In this document: in pieces, positions 1 through 11,954 of the stretch
Position numbering within the stretch: the first letter of the stretch is position 1
Layout of the letters: each line of letters begins with the position of its first letter
Origin: Mobula hypostoma
Taxonomy: Eukaryota
Direction of reading: 5' to 3'
Assembly: GCF_963921235.1 (NCBI RefSeq)
Contig: NC_086097.1
Coordinates: forward strand, 186,684,001 to 186,748,000
DNA: 64,000 bases
Position numbers and translations under genes: made by a program
The notes under the pieces: generated by a model
What the model was told of the DNA's origin: nothing
Database searches by the model: none
The model's input: only the letters and a program-made list of their open reading frames with translations

Positions 1-120
1 CCTGACCAGGCGAAGGTCATCGAGCTGCATCTCCAGTTCCCCAACTCGGTCCCTTAGGAGCTGCAGCTCGACACACCTGGTGCAGATATGGCCGCCCGGG
101 AGGCTCCAGGACTTCCCGCA
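1..120 (-). mobile_element. CR1-type LINE ORF1 fragment (zinc finger/leucine zipper region), cut by the window edge
   Basis: Minus strand reads SLPGGHICTRCVELQLLRDRVGELEMQLDDLRLVR, similar to the CR1 ORF1 remnant at 15755-16048. Confidence 0.75.
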
Positions 121-1086
121 TAGTTAACTTTTCAATAGTCTATCCATTTTTATGTATTAAATGCAAATGTAATTTGATGCCATCAAGATTACTGTACAAA
201 CACAATTGTATTAAACCCTTTAGACTATGCAAATTATTTCTTCAATTCTTTTCTGATTTTGCTATTTGTCAGTATAACCTATTATAAATTTAAAAGTTAA
301 AGGTGTACAGTAAGAAACATGTATTAATAAATATAACTCTGCAGGTACTTGGCAGTGAGAATATTATTACAAATGCATAAAGTTGCAGTCCCCAGTACAC
401 TACATAATTTATTAAATATATTGATACCATTTAAGTATGCAAACTTACTATATGTATTGATGTTTCCATTGTTACCTTGTCTGAATCCATCAGCTGAGTA
501 TTACTTCTAGAAGAGTGATATGAGCAAAAATCTATAAAAAAAAGCCTTCAACTTATTTTAAGTGTATTTGAGACTATTATGGAAAACAACATAAGTGATA
601 ATGCAAGTTATTAATAAACTTCACTTTTTCATAATAACTACACAGCACCAGTTTCCTTTGAATCCTATGATGTTTACATGTAATTATGTGTTCCATGCAG
701 GCTATCATTATTTAGACACTGGGGTTTATTCACTTTAAATCTGTATTCACCCACATAATTAGCAACATTCTACTAATAGTCTTTTCCTTTTGTACTGCAT
801 CGATCTAGATGGTTTAGGCTATCACAATGAACTCCCAATTTCTAAAGTAGCTGTAAATATGTAATACTGAATATTCATTTAAAATATGCTTCCCTTAAGA
901 GATTTAAACAATAGTTTGTTTCTAAATAGGATGATACACAACTTTCAACTTCATAAGTATTTATTACTGTGTGGTAATCTGAACAGTTCATGAAGGCTGA
1001 TTTTTCTGTTTTTTACCAAATAAAATTATAAGCAATGGAGTGACCTAATATTTAAGAAATCAACCACATGTATAATATACATTAAC

Positions 1087-3681
1087 CTAAACACGGCCTT
1101 CACAATGTGTGTGTACAAAGCCAGACAGGGAGTTAAATACCTTTTCAAAAATCACCTGAGATGTAAGTTTTCTTCAGGGTTTTTAATAAGAACTTACGTG
1201 TGAAGATATTGCTGTTTTAAGGGTAAATAAAGAGGGGGTGGAGTTGGATGACTTTCTACACCAAGTGCTTCAAGTCAAAATCTGAATTAACCTGCACAGG
1301 AAATGATATAAAAAGCAGCTTACATACAGGAAGTGATGTTCATACAAAACAAATACACTTCTAAAGGCTAGAACACTCCCTGTCTGGCATCCATGGAATG
1401 TCAGCTTAGCTACTGAAACTAAAAGATCATTTCATTAAGTCTTTGGCAAAAGAAGAACATTCTCAGAGATTGGTCTTGAAAGCTGTCTTACTACACAGTT
1501 TTTAACCATTCTCATTTGGAAAATGTTGGCCTTGACATACCTGTTCATGGTAATGTCTGATGAGTAGACCAGTGACACAGTGCTTACCCAAAATGCTGGT
1601 TAGGGCAGGTACCTCTGAAGTGAGTTGTGCCCTCTTAATCCATCCTCCAACTCACTATAGTCCCTCAGAGTCAAGAAAGGGCTAGAGTGCACTAAGGTAA
1701 CTTTGGACTGGGAGAGGTTCCTGCTTTGTGATGCACTGCACATCCTCTGCACTCACCTGTCTTTGAACAAGAAAGACTCTACCCTTTGCCCAATTCAGTT
1801 GCTCCGCGCTGAGTGGTTGCTTACAAATGTGCCAGCCACAGCAAAGGCTCTCTTTGGCTACCTCTACAATCTTCTCTTTCATAAAAATATTACACTTACA
1901 AAGACTGAAATTGCTTAGGCGCCCATTCTCCAGGACAGTAGTCTTAAATGCACTGATGAGCACCATCAAAGAAGATTTCATCCACTATGATCCAACCCAA
2001 GTCCAGTTGTTGGGCATTAAGTGCACCGTGCCAACCACTGCACTCTTCGTGCACCTTATGTGCACAGATGATGTCTCTGCCATGCAACAGACGAATCTTA
2101 GCGAAGAATCAAGTGGGGAATCTTGTCAGCTATGTCCTTAAAGTGTGAATGACCATATGCAGCTTCAGGAATTTCATCCCTGTTGTCGGGAATACGGTCA
2201 CACTCAATGAGGGTTGGCAAGGGTAAGCAGACCTCCCCTCCTATTGGATTCATGACAAATCCACTGGCTATTCTTCCAGCAACTACTAATGTTCCAGAAC
2301 ACATCTTTAGAGTGTATGAGGAAGTAGCTACATCTGACAGATGCTCAGTTGGATCCTCACCGTGCTCTGCTCTGTTGTAGACCAGGGTGCTGGCCCTGAA
2401 TTTAAAACTGTATCCGGGTCTAATTCTTATGAAGTGTCAGTAGCTTCTTGGCTCAGTTTCCTAGAATCGAAAGGGGGTTGGGGCACTGTGTGTCCATCTA
2501 TATTCTGCAATGTATTGTTACTGTTTCCCCACTTTACCTTGCTACCCTCCCCAGATTCTCCTCCATTATCCGGATAACCGTCTTGTCTACATTCAGACTG
2601 ATTCTGCCTCAGGGCTTCTCTGGCCAGACTCAGTACCTCACTCAAATTATTGTCCAACAGTGATTTATCAGCATAGCCTGGCACAGCGAGTGAGGGTTGT
2701 GCAGATGTTTCTGTGGGAGCTTCTGTTGAAAGGTGAGTTGTTGGTGCACCATTCAGTGCTTGTGTGCTCTCATTAACTGGTGAACACCATGTGTTTCCAA
2801 GTTGGGTGACTTTGAGCACTTCTCACATTCTACATTAAATAAGGTTTATCTTCCTTTGGGTTTGAGTCTGAAACAGAGGATGCAAGTTCAGGAGGAGAAC
2901 TGGGTAAAAATTTGGTGTAAAGCATGCCAGGAAGCTGGTTCCAATCTCTTGTCTGCTGCTTTGATTTCATTCTCTGTTGAGCAGCCCCTCTGTTGGATTA
3001 GAGGGCTTGCAGTGATGGTCAGTTCTTCAGACACCTTCTCAGAGAGATGACCACCACTGTCCAAGTCAGCCTCAGTTTCGCACTCCTCCTCGAACAAACT
3101 CAATGTAGCCTCGACATGATCTTCGTGTCTATATGACATTTCTCCATTCACATTTCAACTTTGTGCTTATTCTTGCTGTGGACTTGTGCGGCAGCCACAC
3201 TAATTATGGTTTTGCCTGAGTGTTACGAAGGTGCGATCGATGTGCCAGATTGTGACCAGACTTCCAGAGCTTGCCAATCAATGCTGCTTGGGTCGGATGC
3301 CGACATTGTAACGTACAGTGTTCAGACACATCTCCAACCTGCAAGCAATCCCTTTGAAGATGAGTTTTCTTTTCACTCTACTGCACTTGCAGTGTATGTG
3401 TACACAGCTAGGCAGGGAATTAAACACCTTCTCAAAAAATCACGAGTTGGAAGCTTTCTTCGGGGTTTTTTAATGAGAACTTACTTGTGAAAAGATATTG
3501 CCATTTCAAGGCAATATCTTTTCACAAGACATCCATCTGTAGTGGAGATGGATGTCTTTCTACACCGTACCCTCCAAGTTGAAATCCAAATTAACCCACG
3601 CCGGAAAATATATAAAAAAACAGCTTACATACAGGAAGTGATGCTCATACTAAACCATCTGTGCCTCTGCAGGCCAGAACA
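1087..3681 (-). mobile_element. Internally deleted BEL/Pao-like LTR retrotransposon, in a CALB1 intron
   Basis: Diverged direct repeats at ~1090-1375 and ~3380-3681 share e.g. CAGCTTACATACAGGAAGTGATG. Both start TGTTCT on the minus strand. A purine-rich tract (AGACAGGGAG, 1376-1385 minus) abuts the left LTR. Internal peptides LPLPTLIECDRIPDNRDEIP, FKTTVLENGR and WHICKQPLSAEQL resemble fish BEL/Pao polyproteins. Confidence 0.75.
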
Positions 3682-3760
3682 TTGACCATATCCGTGTTAA
3701 TGAGATTTATTTTCTAATAAGAAAATAAAAACATTTAAACTTGTATCTTTTTCTGCTTAG

Positions 3761-3832
3761 GATGGCAATGGATATATAGATGAAAATGAATTAGATGCAC
3801 TACTAAAGGACCTGTGTGAAAAGAACAAACAG
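3761..3832 (+). CDS. CALB1: Calbindin D28K, penultimate coding exon (72 nt)
   Basis: ttag|GATGGC...AAACAG|gtaa; encodes the EF-hand [24 protein letters not shown]. Confidence 0.96.
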
Positions 3833-3939
3833 GTAATAACACAATGCAAACTACTAACTTTAAAGAGTTAAACAAATGAAGGTTTTATTCTACGTGGCTG
3901 TTTCTGAAATTTAGTTAACTATATGATTATAAAATACAG

Positions 3940-4053
3940 GACCTAGACATTGAAAATCTGACAACTTACAAGAAAAACATCATGGCTTTGTCTGATGGAG
4001 GAAAGCTCTTTCGGAAAGACTTGGCATTAATCCTCTGTGCAGAAGAGTTTTAA
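3940..4053 (+). CDS. CALB1: Calbindin D28K, last coding exon
   Basis: acag|GACCTA; encodes [37 protein letters not shown], matching the calbindin-1 C-terminus; follows a 107-nt intron; synteny with DECR1/NBN. Confidence 0.96.
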   Translation, partial: DLDIENLTTYKKNIMALSDGGKLFRKDLALILCAEEF

Positions 4054-4239
4054 ATATCTTGCATTCTCGTCTGCTTGTGATTTCTGTGAAGATAGCTGTG
4101 TGCTAAATGGGTGTAGGATATGCTTTCCTTCTACCTGTATGCATATAGGTTAATCTGTAGAATGTGCAACACATTCTTTCTGATCTGTTGTATCTATACT
4201 CTTTGTAATTTATTGCTTTTGTATCTACAGAATTCATAC

Positions 4240-4323
4240 AATAAAATATACTACTGAAAATGATATGAAATGTGGCATAAAACAGTTGTTTTGTATGGAA
4301 ATGAAAGAAGTGTTTATAATAAA
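4240..4323 (+). terminator. CALB1: Candidate CALB1 polyadenylation signals (AATAAA at 4240-4245 and 4318-4323)
   Basis: First AATAAA hexamers after the stop codon; usage not demonstrable from sequence. Confidence 0.4.
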
Positions 4324-5239
4324 TGTTGGTGAAACTGTTCTAGATTACTTAGTAAATGTAATGAAGGTATAAGGAGACCTTGTGCAATTGACACAATTCA
4401 TAATTAAAGGTGTTAAAGTTAATCCAGTAAAAGATTTTCAATAATTGTTCTGTATATGTTTTTTTAAGCATGGTGTACATTTTTTTGAAAAAAAAACTTA
4501 ATAATAACGAAATACGAGTAAACAACATGCTGAAAACAATTTGAACTACACAATTTATTGATCAGTTAAAGGCATATAATTCCTCTGAAAAAATACCCAA
4601 TTGTATTTGGCATCTAGTTTGTTCCTTTTCATCTTTTTAAGATACACAAGATTAAATGGTGAAACAACATGGATGGACAGAGGATGCATTGACTGAGGTT
4701 CAGAAAAATAAGCAGCAAGTAAACAGGAAAGCAAAAGCAAATTGACAAAAGAGCACCTTTACAGAAAAATGTCACAGCTACTCTGTATATTTCAGATCCA
4801 TTCCAGATTTATAGAATTCACTAGGATACACTATGCAGGATAGTAGCTTTAAACCCAGTCTAATCTGATATTTTAAATTAAGAGTCAATAATACTTGATT
4901 TATTCCAAACTTAATATCAAAGCCCTATGATCCTTTCAAGCATTTACTTCATAAACTAGGAAAGTTTTTAAAAATTGCTCTCCATCATATTAATGTAGCT
5001 TCTGTGTGTTCTCTTCTTTCCAAAAAAAAAGTCAATTTACCAATGAAAAGAATCATCCTTACTTCCCAACTCTGGTATTGTGCATGCATCATTTATGGTG
5101 GTATCTATAATGGTGATTATAATATTCTTATAAATATTCCACTACACATTGGCAAAAAATGTTTTCAGAATAGTTTGCCTCATTTTGCTTTGTCATAACA
5201 CTGATCTCAAACCTCTGCTGCCTTGCAGCTACACCCCCA

Positions 5240-5500
5240 CTCATAGGGAAGGCTTTGCAAGTAAACACTGAGGGAAAAATCTAGAGCTAGAGTCCCTAAG
5301 GAAGTCCCACAGTGAGTTCAATGCTGACTGGCAACTCATGCGACACTGCTGGTACCAAATTGTATCAGACTCTGCCGTTCCTTTTGACTTATCAGATGCG
5401 TGGAGAGGGGGAGCTTGCTCTCCACATCATACTGCCCAGGCTTATGTATCCAGACAGCTAGGATGCAATATCCACGGTCAACTCTGACTGACGTTGGCCA
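5240..5500. mobile_element. Interspersed repeat fragment, possibly RTE-related, between the CALB1 and DECR1 3' ends
   Basis: GC-richer island in AT-rich UTR sequence; family call is by impression only. Confidence 0.3.
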
Positions 5501-5745
5501 TTACCCTCACAACACTCAGCAAAGTAGCAAAACAGCAGTTTCACTTAATTAAAATTAAAATTCTGATTTTATAACCAATGATAATTTAAATGTTACTCAT
5601 AATAAAGCCATTTCAATTTGGCACGTTAACTATTTTGAAAATATAATCAAATATAAATCATCCAAAACCAACGCATTTTCTACCAGTAAACTGACATAAC
5701 AATCTTGTCCATGTGTCATTTTTAATTGTTGTTGATTTGCACCAT

Positions 5746-5805
5746 TTAGGAGCCTTTGGTTTTTCTGATGAGGGACTCCAGCATGTCCCATTGGTCACTT
5801 GTAAC
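5746..5805 (-). CDS. DECR1: 2,4-dienoyl-CoA reductase 1, exon 10 (last, 60 nt)
   Basis: catag|GTT; encodes VTSDQWDMLESLIRKTKGS*. Confidence 0.96.
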   Translation of the reverse strand, partial: VTSDQWDMLESLIRKTKGS

Positions 5806-6163
5806 CTATGATTAAAAAAAAGAGAATTTAAAAGTCAAGCTTAAATAGATTACATTATTTATATTTTATATCATAACACATACCAATGAGAAAAAAAGCA
5901 ACTTAATATTTCTTCAGCAAGTAATGAGAGACAAACTTTGCTCTTTAATGAGTACACAGACTAGTTATTGGATGTATGTTGGACAGCATCAGTAGTGATA
6001 ATTTTTTTTGGGTGAGAAATATATTAATCCCTGCAAGCATCTCCAGAGTTAATAGAAAATCGGTTTGTAACCTATGGTCTTTTTGCTTTGCCTTCCATGT
6101 AGAAATTGTGGCTAAGTGAAAGGTTCATAAAATAAAGGTTTCATGGTGAAAAGATAACATTAC

Positions 6164-6226
6164 CTTTTGCAGACTGTTAAATTCACCAGCTATTGAAAGA
6201 AATTCACCACCGTCAAATCTTATTAC
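6164..6226 (-). CDS. DECR1: DECR1 exon 9 (63 nt)
   Basis: tatag|GTA...AAG|gtaatg; encodes VIRFDGGEFLSIAGEFNSLQK. Confidence 0.96.
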
Positions 6227-7814
6227 CTATAAAAAAAACACAAGGGCAACATTCAGCTATGTTTGGCTTAAAACCAAACAATGAAAAAACTTTACTGCAG
6301 AATTAAAACAACATGATTGCTTCATTCCACGCTCTCTTCTTCCTGTCTATTTCTTTAATCCTACAATCTCCCAACTTAACAGTGCTCCTCCATTTCTGCC
6401 CTTACAAAACAACTTTGATGTCTTTTGATGAACAGCTTTGATGTCTTTTGAAGCTTGGGGCCCAAACTCTGGAAATCCCTTCCTGAATCTCCCCACCTCT
6501 CTCTCTCCCTTTGAGATGCCCTATCCATTGTAATAGATTAAGTGGCTCAGTGACAAATTTTGTTTGGTAACTTCTCTACAAATTTATTTTGACTGCTTTA
6601 GTATATTTTGAACAATATATAAATACAGTTTGATGATGTAGATGTTCTAATAGAAAGTATTTCATCTTATTCCTATCTTCCATTGTAGACCTTTTTCAAT
6701 ATTGGGAGGCAAGGCTTTGAGCATTAAATATCCAGTTCTGATTCATTCAGCAGTCTTTTTTACCCCCTTCAGAATTTGGCTACTACTGGATGATCTAAAG
6801 GTCTGGAAAATTATCAAAGTTTTTTTAAACTGGATACAGAGAGCATTTCATTTGTGAGGAGAAATGAACAGAAAAAATGCAAAAAGCAATATCTGATCAC
6901 TTGGAAATCCTGATGTATATAATTCCACTCACATTTGCCCTGGTTCCCAAATACTCTTCCTACTAAGGCAGCAGTTTCTGCACTCACTTCCTGCTCACCA
7001 GGACCCTGTGTAGTTCCGTTGGCCACACTCCTTCGAAAATTACCTGGTTCAGATTCCTAAAATCACTTCAAATTTACTGGTTTCACAGATGCATTACTGT
7101 ATGATATCTTTAAAAATAATAAATGACATTCAATAGTCTGGAAGATCTGCTACTCTGGTACCAAAATCCAAAATGTCCCAGATTAAATTGAATTTTATTA
7201 TAGTTAGACCTCTTTGATCTAAGACAGTCAGTAGGAAACCAGCAGGGTTCAGAAAAAATACTTCATTAACCAAAAAGTATCTTGCTACCAGACAGAGGTT
7301 AAAGGGCATGGTTTGGATACAGTTATGGGAGAGCTAGAAAAGTATAAGAGGAAGAAGGAAGTAGTTAGTTACATGGAAAGACTTAGATATGGAAAAACAG
7401 GACAAAGTTCAAAATGAATTCCTACAATATCATGGAATGGTTGGTCTGAACGGCCTAGTTCTGTGCCTGACATCCTGCGATCCTTTGCAGTCCTGGCTTT
7501 TAAGTGCCTTTTCCAATTAAGCATCCTCCCATAGATAATGCCATTGGAGTCACAGAGTTAAACAGCATAGAAACTGACTATCTGGCTCACAATGTCTATA
7601 TCTATCTACACTAAAAAAATTGCCAGTAATCGTCCTGTAGCCTTCTATGCCCTGGTAATTCCTATCCTGGGAGGTTGCCTGCCTCCACCATCCGCTTGTG
7701 CAGTGCATTCTAGATTTCAACCACCACAGGTGAAAATGTCCTTCCTCAGATCCTATTTAAATTTCTTACTCCTTATCTCAAAATCTATGCCCTCTAGAAT
7801 TATAAAGGTCATCA

Positions 7815-8144
<330 letters not shown>

Positions 8145-10420
8145 TTAATGTCGAACATTATTTGGCTAAAAAAATAGGTTTAGCTTTAGCTTGAAATACA
8201 ATTATTTTGCACAGTAAAAAAGAAAATAAATATTTTAAATAGGTATATAAATACATTAAAATATTTTTAAAATTTTGAGGACATTAGATATCGGAGCAAA
8301 GTTACACCACGTCACCTCAAGCTTGCTCCTCCATTTGATCATTAGCCTGAATTCTATTTTACTGCTAGATTCCCATAATCCCTGATTCAAAAGTTCTTTG
8401 TTGTCTATAATATATTTGATAAACTGCATTATACTGTTGGCTGAACGGTGGTTCCACAGAGAATGTAAGTTGCCTGCAATGTGCATCACTGTGTTCCTAA
8501 GCTACACACAGCAGCTCAGAGGTACAGAATAGAAGTCAGATGTGTGAAGGTATTGGGATTGCTGTCTGTGAAGTTCTGAACACAAACAAAGTTCTTAAGC
8601 CCTATCCATTATAGACAGCTATGGGTACCCTAATTAAAGAGAGGTTATACTCTAGCCACTAACAGTTCAAAAGCTGGATCACTTCCTTGTTGATTCTCCT
8701 CGGCAAGTTTAGCTGTTAATACCCACTATTTGAGCAGCAGTGGGTCCTACCAAGGAGGAGATACTTCTAGCTAGCAAGGTACTTTAAACACAATTCATTT
8801 ATTTTTAGTGATACACTTTTAAATTTGAATCAAATTCTTAAACATACTTAAAACTTAGAGAGGATTTCTATATTATAAAAGATTTCCAAATTACAAATGA
8901 TTTCTAAAACACAAGGGATTTCCAAAATACAGGTAGAAATCCTATAAGCTAAAAAGACACACCAATGAACTGCAGATGAACAAGTCACTATCGCAAAAAT
9001 TGAAGGCAGGGGAATGGAGTCTAGTCACCCTGTCTTTCTGTCATAATTCTTATTGTTCCTTACAAACCTGGGTTTGCTCTCTAACATTTATACTATTCCT
9101 TTTCTCTACATGCATCTGATAATTTTCAGATACCTTTGCTGGGACATTCACACAGATGGTCTAAAAGCTTTTGGCAACAAAGATACTAGACACACAAAAA
9201 TAATGCCGTGAGCGTTGACTCTTCAAGTACACAAATCTCACAACTATTAAGAGATCAGTTACTTGATGTGCTAAGTGATAGTACCAGTCTGATCTGTAAG
9301 CTTCCTTCATCTAAATAACTTACCCAGTATTGCCTAGTTTGATGAAGGCCCAACTAGCATAACCCCAATGTTTTACACTGCACCTCTTGAGCAGCCAGCC
9401 CCATGCTGTGGGCCAGCAGCCTGCTCTCCACAGACTGACCATTGCTTCCAACTTACATTAAGAGCCGAAGACTGTTTCTTGTTAACGACAAGAAGCTGAG
9501 CAAGGAATACTGGTTGGGAGTTTTAACTTATTCAAAAACAATATTGGTTGGGAGTTTAACTTATTCTTTGAACCCCCGGAAGAGTCAGCTGGTGTGTCAG
9601 AAATCTGAGCTCGGCTACCCAGGCCCTGGACAGTGAATATTCATCACAAGCGGTGGTGTACTTGACCTCTCACTCCAACAGTGATTCTCTGATATTGTGA
9701 TCTGACACTGGCTACCTAGTCCCTAGTTTTACAGCAGTTCTAGCTGATACACTCAGCACAGCCCCATTCATTTGAATGAGGTCACCATTCTTCACTGAGG
9801 ATAAAGGTCCTCAGAACCGCAAAGGATAACAACTATTTCTTAACCTAGAGGCACTGGAAATGATGTTCCTTGGTTATACTTAGACTATGCCTACTTCCTG
9901 CATTTACTGGACACAAAGAGAAAAATGAAAACTACACCTGGTCCATGGTTATGATCATTCAAATCTCTTTTACTTTAAGTTTTAAGGCTAGCCATAAGCC
10001 TACATCATTATATTCCTAATACAGTTCTGAAGAATATTCTCCTGATTACCAACAACTAACGACTACATGTAAGAATGTGCTTGCATGTTTACTAATGGAC
10101 ATGGTACTACTGAACTAATTTTAAACTACAAACAACTGAGAATGAACAAGAGATAAGGTAGTAGTTAAATAACCTTATACACATCAATTTAGAAATGCAG
10201 AGTAAACTATGCCTCAAATTAAATAGTCATAAGGTTACAGATGTCACAGATAAAGAAATAAGACAGCAATGGCATTGTTACAAGTTACAGGTTACTCCAC
10301 ATATATGAGTCAATAGTACGTGGAGTTGAGGTTGTAACCAGATCAGCCATAATCTTATTAAATAGCAGAATAGGCTTAAGCGGCAGATAGGCTTGTTTGT
10401 GAACCTAATTCATATGTTCA

Positions 10421-10558
<138 letters not shown>

Positions 10559-11501
10559 CTACCCATATATTAACAGTTGCATTTTGTGGTAAAACAAAAT
10601 ATCAATAATAACGATGAAATTTACAAAATTATGTGAAAATATCTTTGCCTACATCATTGGTCTAATACACTAAATGGAGGTGTTTAGCAAAGCAGTCACC
10701 TAATTTGCATTGTTTTATCAATAAGTGGTCTATCTAAAAACAGCAAGTGATCTTCCATAATGGCACAATGTGGTCCTCAGAACTTATGCTAACCAGTCAT
10801 TCCTACTTTTGTCAGAATTACCCAGGCCAGATGTAAGGTAATCTACCTTAAAGGTTTTTCAGTTATCTTTCCTCTACAGATCGATATGGTGAGTATTTCC
10901 AGTATTCTTTTGTTTCATATTTCCAGTAAAATGCTGTGTATTACATCTCACAGATCCACCATATTTTTTGCTCCACTGTTATTATTAATCCTTTTCTATT
11001 TACAGATATTTCAGATGAGAAGAACAGACATACATTACCCTCCCCAAGACAGCACCAGTAGCATTGATGTCACCAGAACAACCTGGGTTTTTATCTTGTC
11101 ATCAACAATCCCTTTGTTCTCTCCAACCCTCCCCTGGCCCTGTCCACATACACATCCACTGGTGAACTTTAACAAAAGATCATTCACTTTAAAGTTAAAA
11201 CTTACTTTGCAGATAATGTCTGACTTGCTGTATAAATGTAGCATTTTCTGTTTTTATTACAAATTTTCAACATGAAAAGACTAACATAAAGTTTACAATA
11301 ATTTTCTGGCTCCGACAATCCAGAAGATTTTAAATCATTTAAAATTATAATCTAGATTTTGCTATGCACCATGAGATAATGACACTATTTATTTTACAGG
11401 TGAGCCTTTAAGTAACTGAAATTGCTACAATTGAAGAGGAGAACTGAAATAAGATCAGGAAGCACTGTGAACTGGACAGGAAACAGTGTGCCTTTTCAAA
11501 T

Positions 11502-11741
11502 AACACACATAAAAGTTGCTGGTGAACGCAGCGGGCCAGGCAGCATCTCTAGGAAGAGGTGCAGTCGACATTTCAGGCCGAGACCCTTCGTCAGGTCAGG
11601 TCCCTAAGTCCTGACGAAGGGTCTCAGCCTGAAACGTCGACTGCACCTCTTCCTAGAGATGCTGCCTGGCCTGCTGTGTTCACCAGCAACTTTTATGTGT
11701 GTTGCTTGAATTTCCAGCATCTGCAGAATTCCTGTTGTTTG
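11502..11741. mobile_element. Palindromic Penelope-like terminal-repeat insert with target-site duplication
   Basis: 94-bp inverted arms at 11502-11595 and 11610-11703; direct repeat TGCCTTTTCAAATAA at 11489-11503 and 11740-11754; the arm sequence recurs downstream of the GIY-YIG remnant at 43540-43636. Confidence 0.85.
11607..11642 (+). ncRNA. Minimal type I hammerhead ribozyme motif
   Basis: AGTC-CTGACGA-AGG(GTCTCAG)CCT-GAAAC-GTC^GACT: conserved CUGANGA and GAAA boxes, stem I AGTC/GACT, stem II AGG/CCT, GUC cleavage triplet ending at 11638. Confidence 0.8.
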
Positions 11742-11954
11742 CCTTTTCAAATAAGTACTTTGAAGAATTCATACAAACTAGTGAAGACAGGTTTGAATTT
11801 GTTGTAAGATCATGTATAAAATGAACTAAAGGGAAAAAGATGGGATTTAAAAATGTATGTGACAAGGAAACAATTCATGTTGAGTTTTAATAAGTTAATA
11901 TTTTAAATAATTGAATAAGGCAAAATGGTTTTAAATATCAATGTCCACAGATTT

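Noticed and set aside
121..3760. Further CALB1 exons
   Set aside because: No convincing calbindin-like exon found by eye; earlier exons are presumably upstream of the window
11502..11703. Palindrome as a MITE or pre-miRNA
   Set aside because: The arms match the Penelope terminal repeat, the right side extends ~38 bp beyond the palindrome, and the TSD is ~13-15 bp rather than a DNA-transposon type
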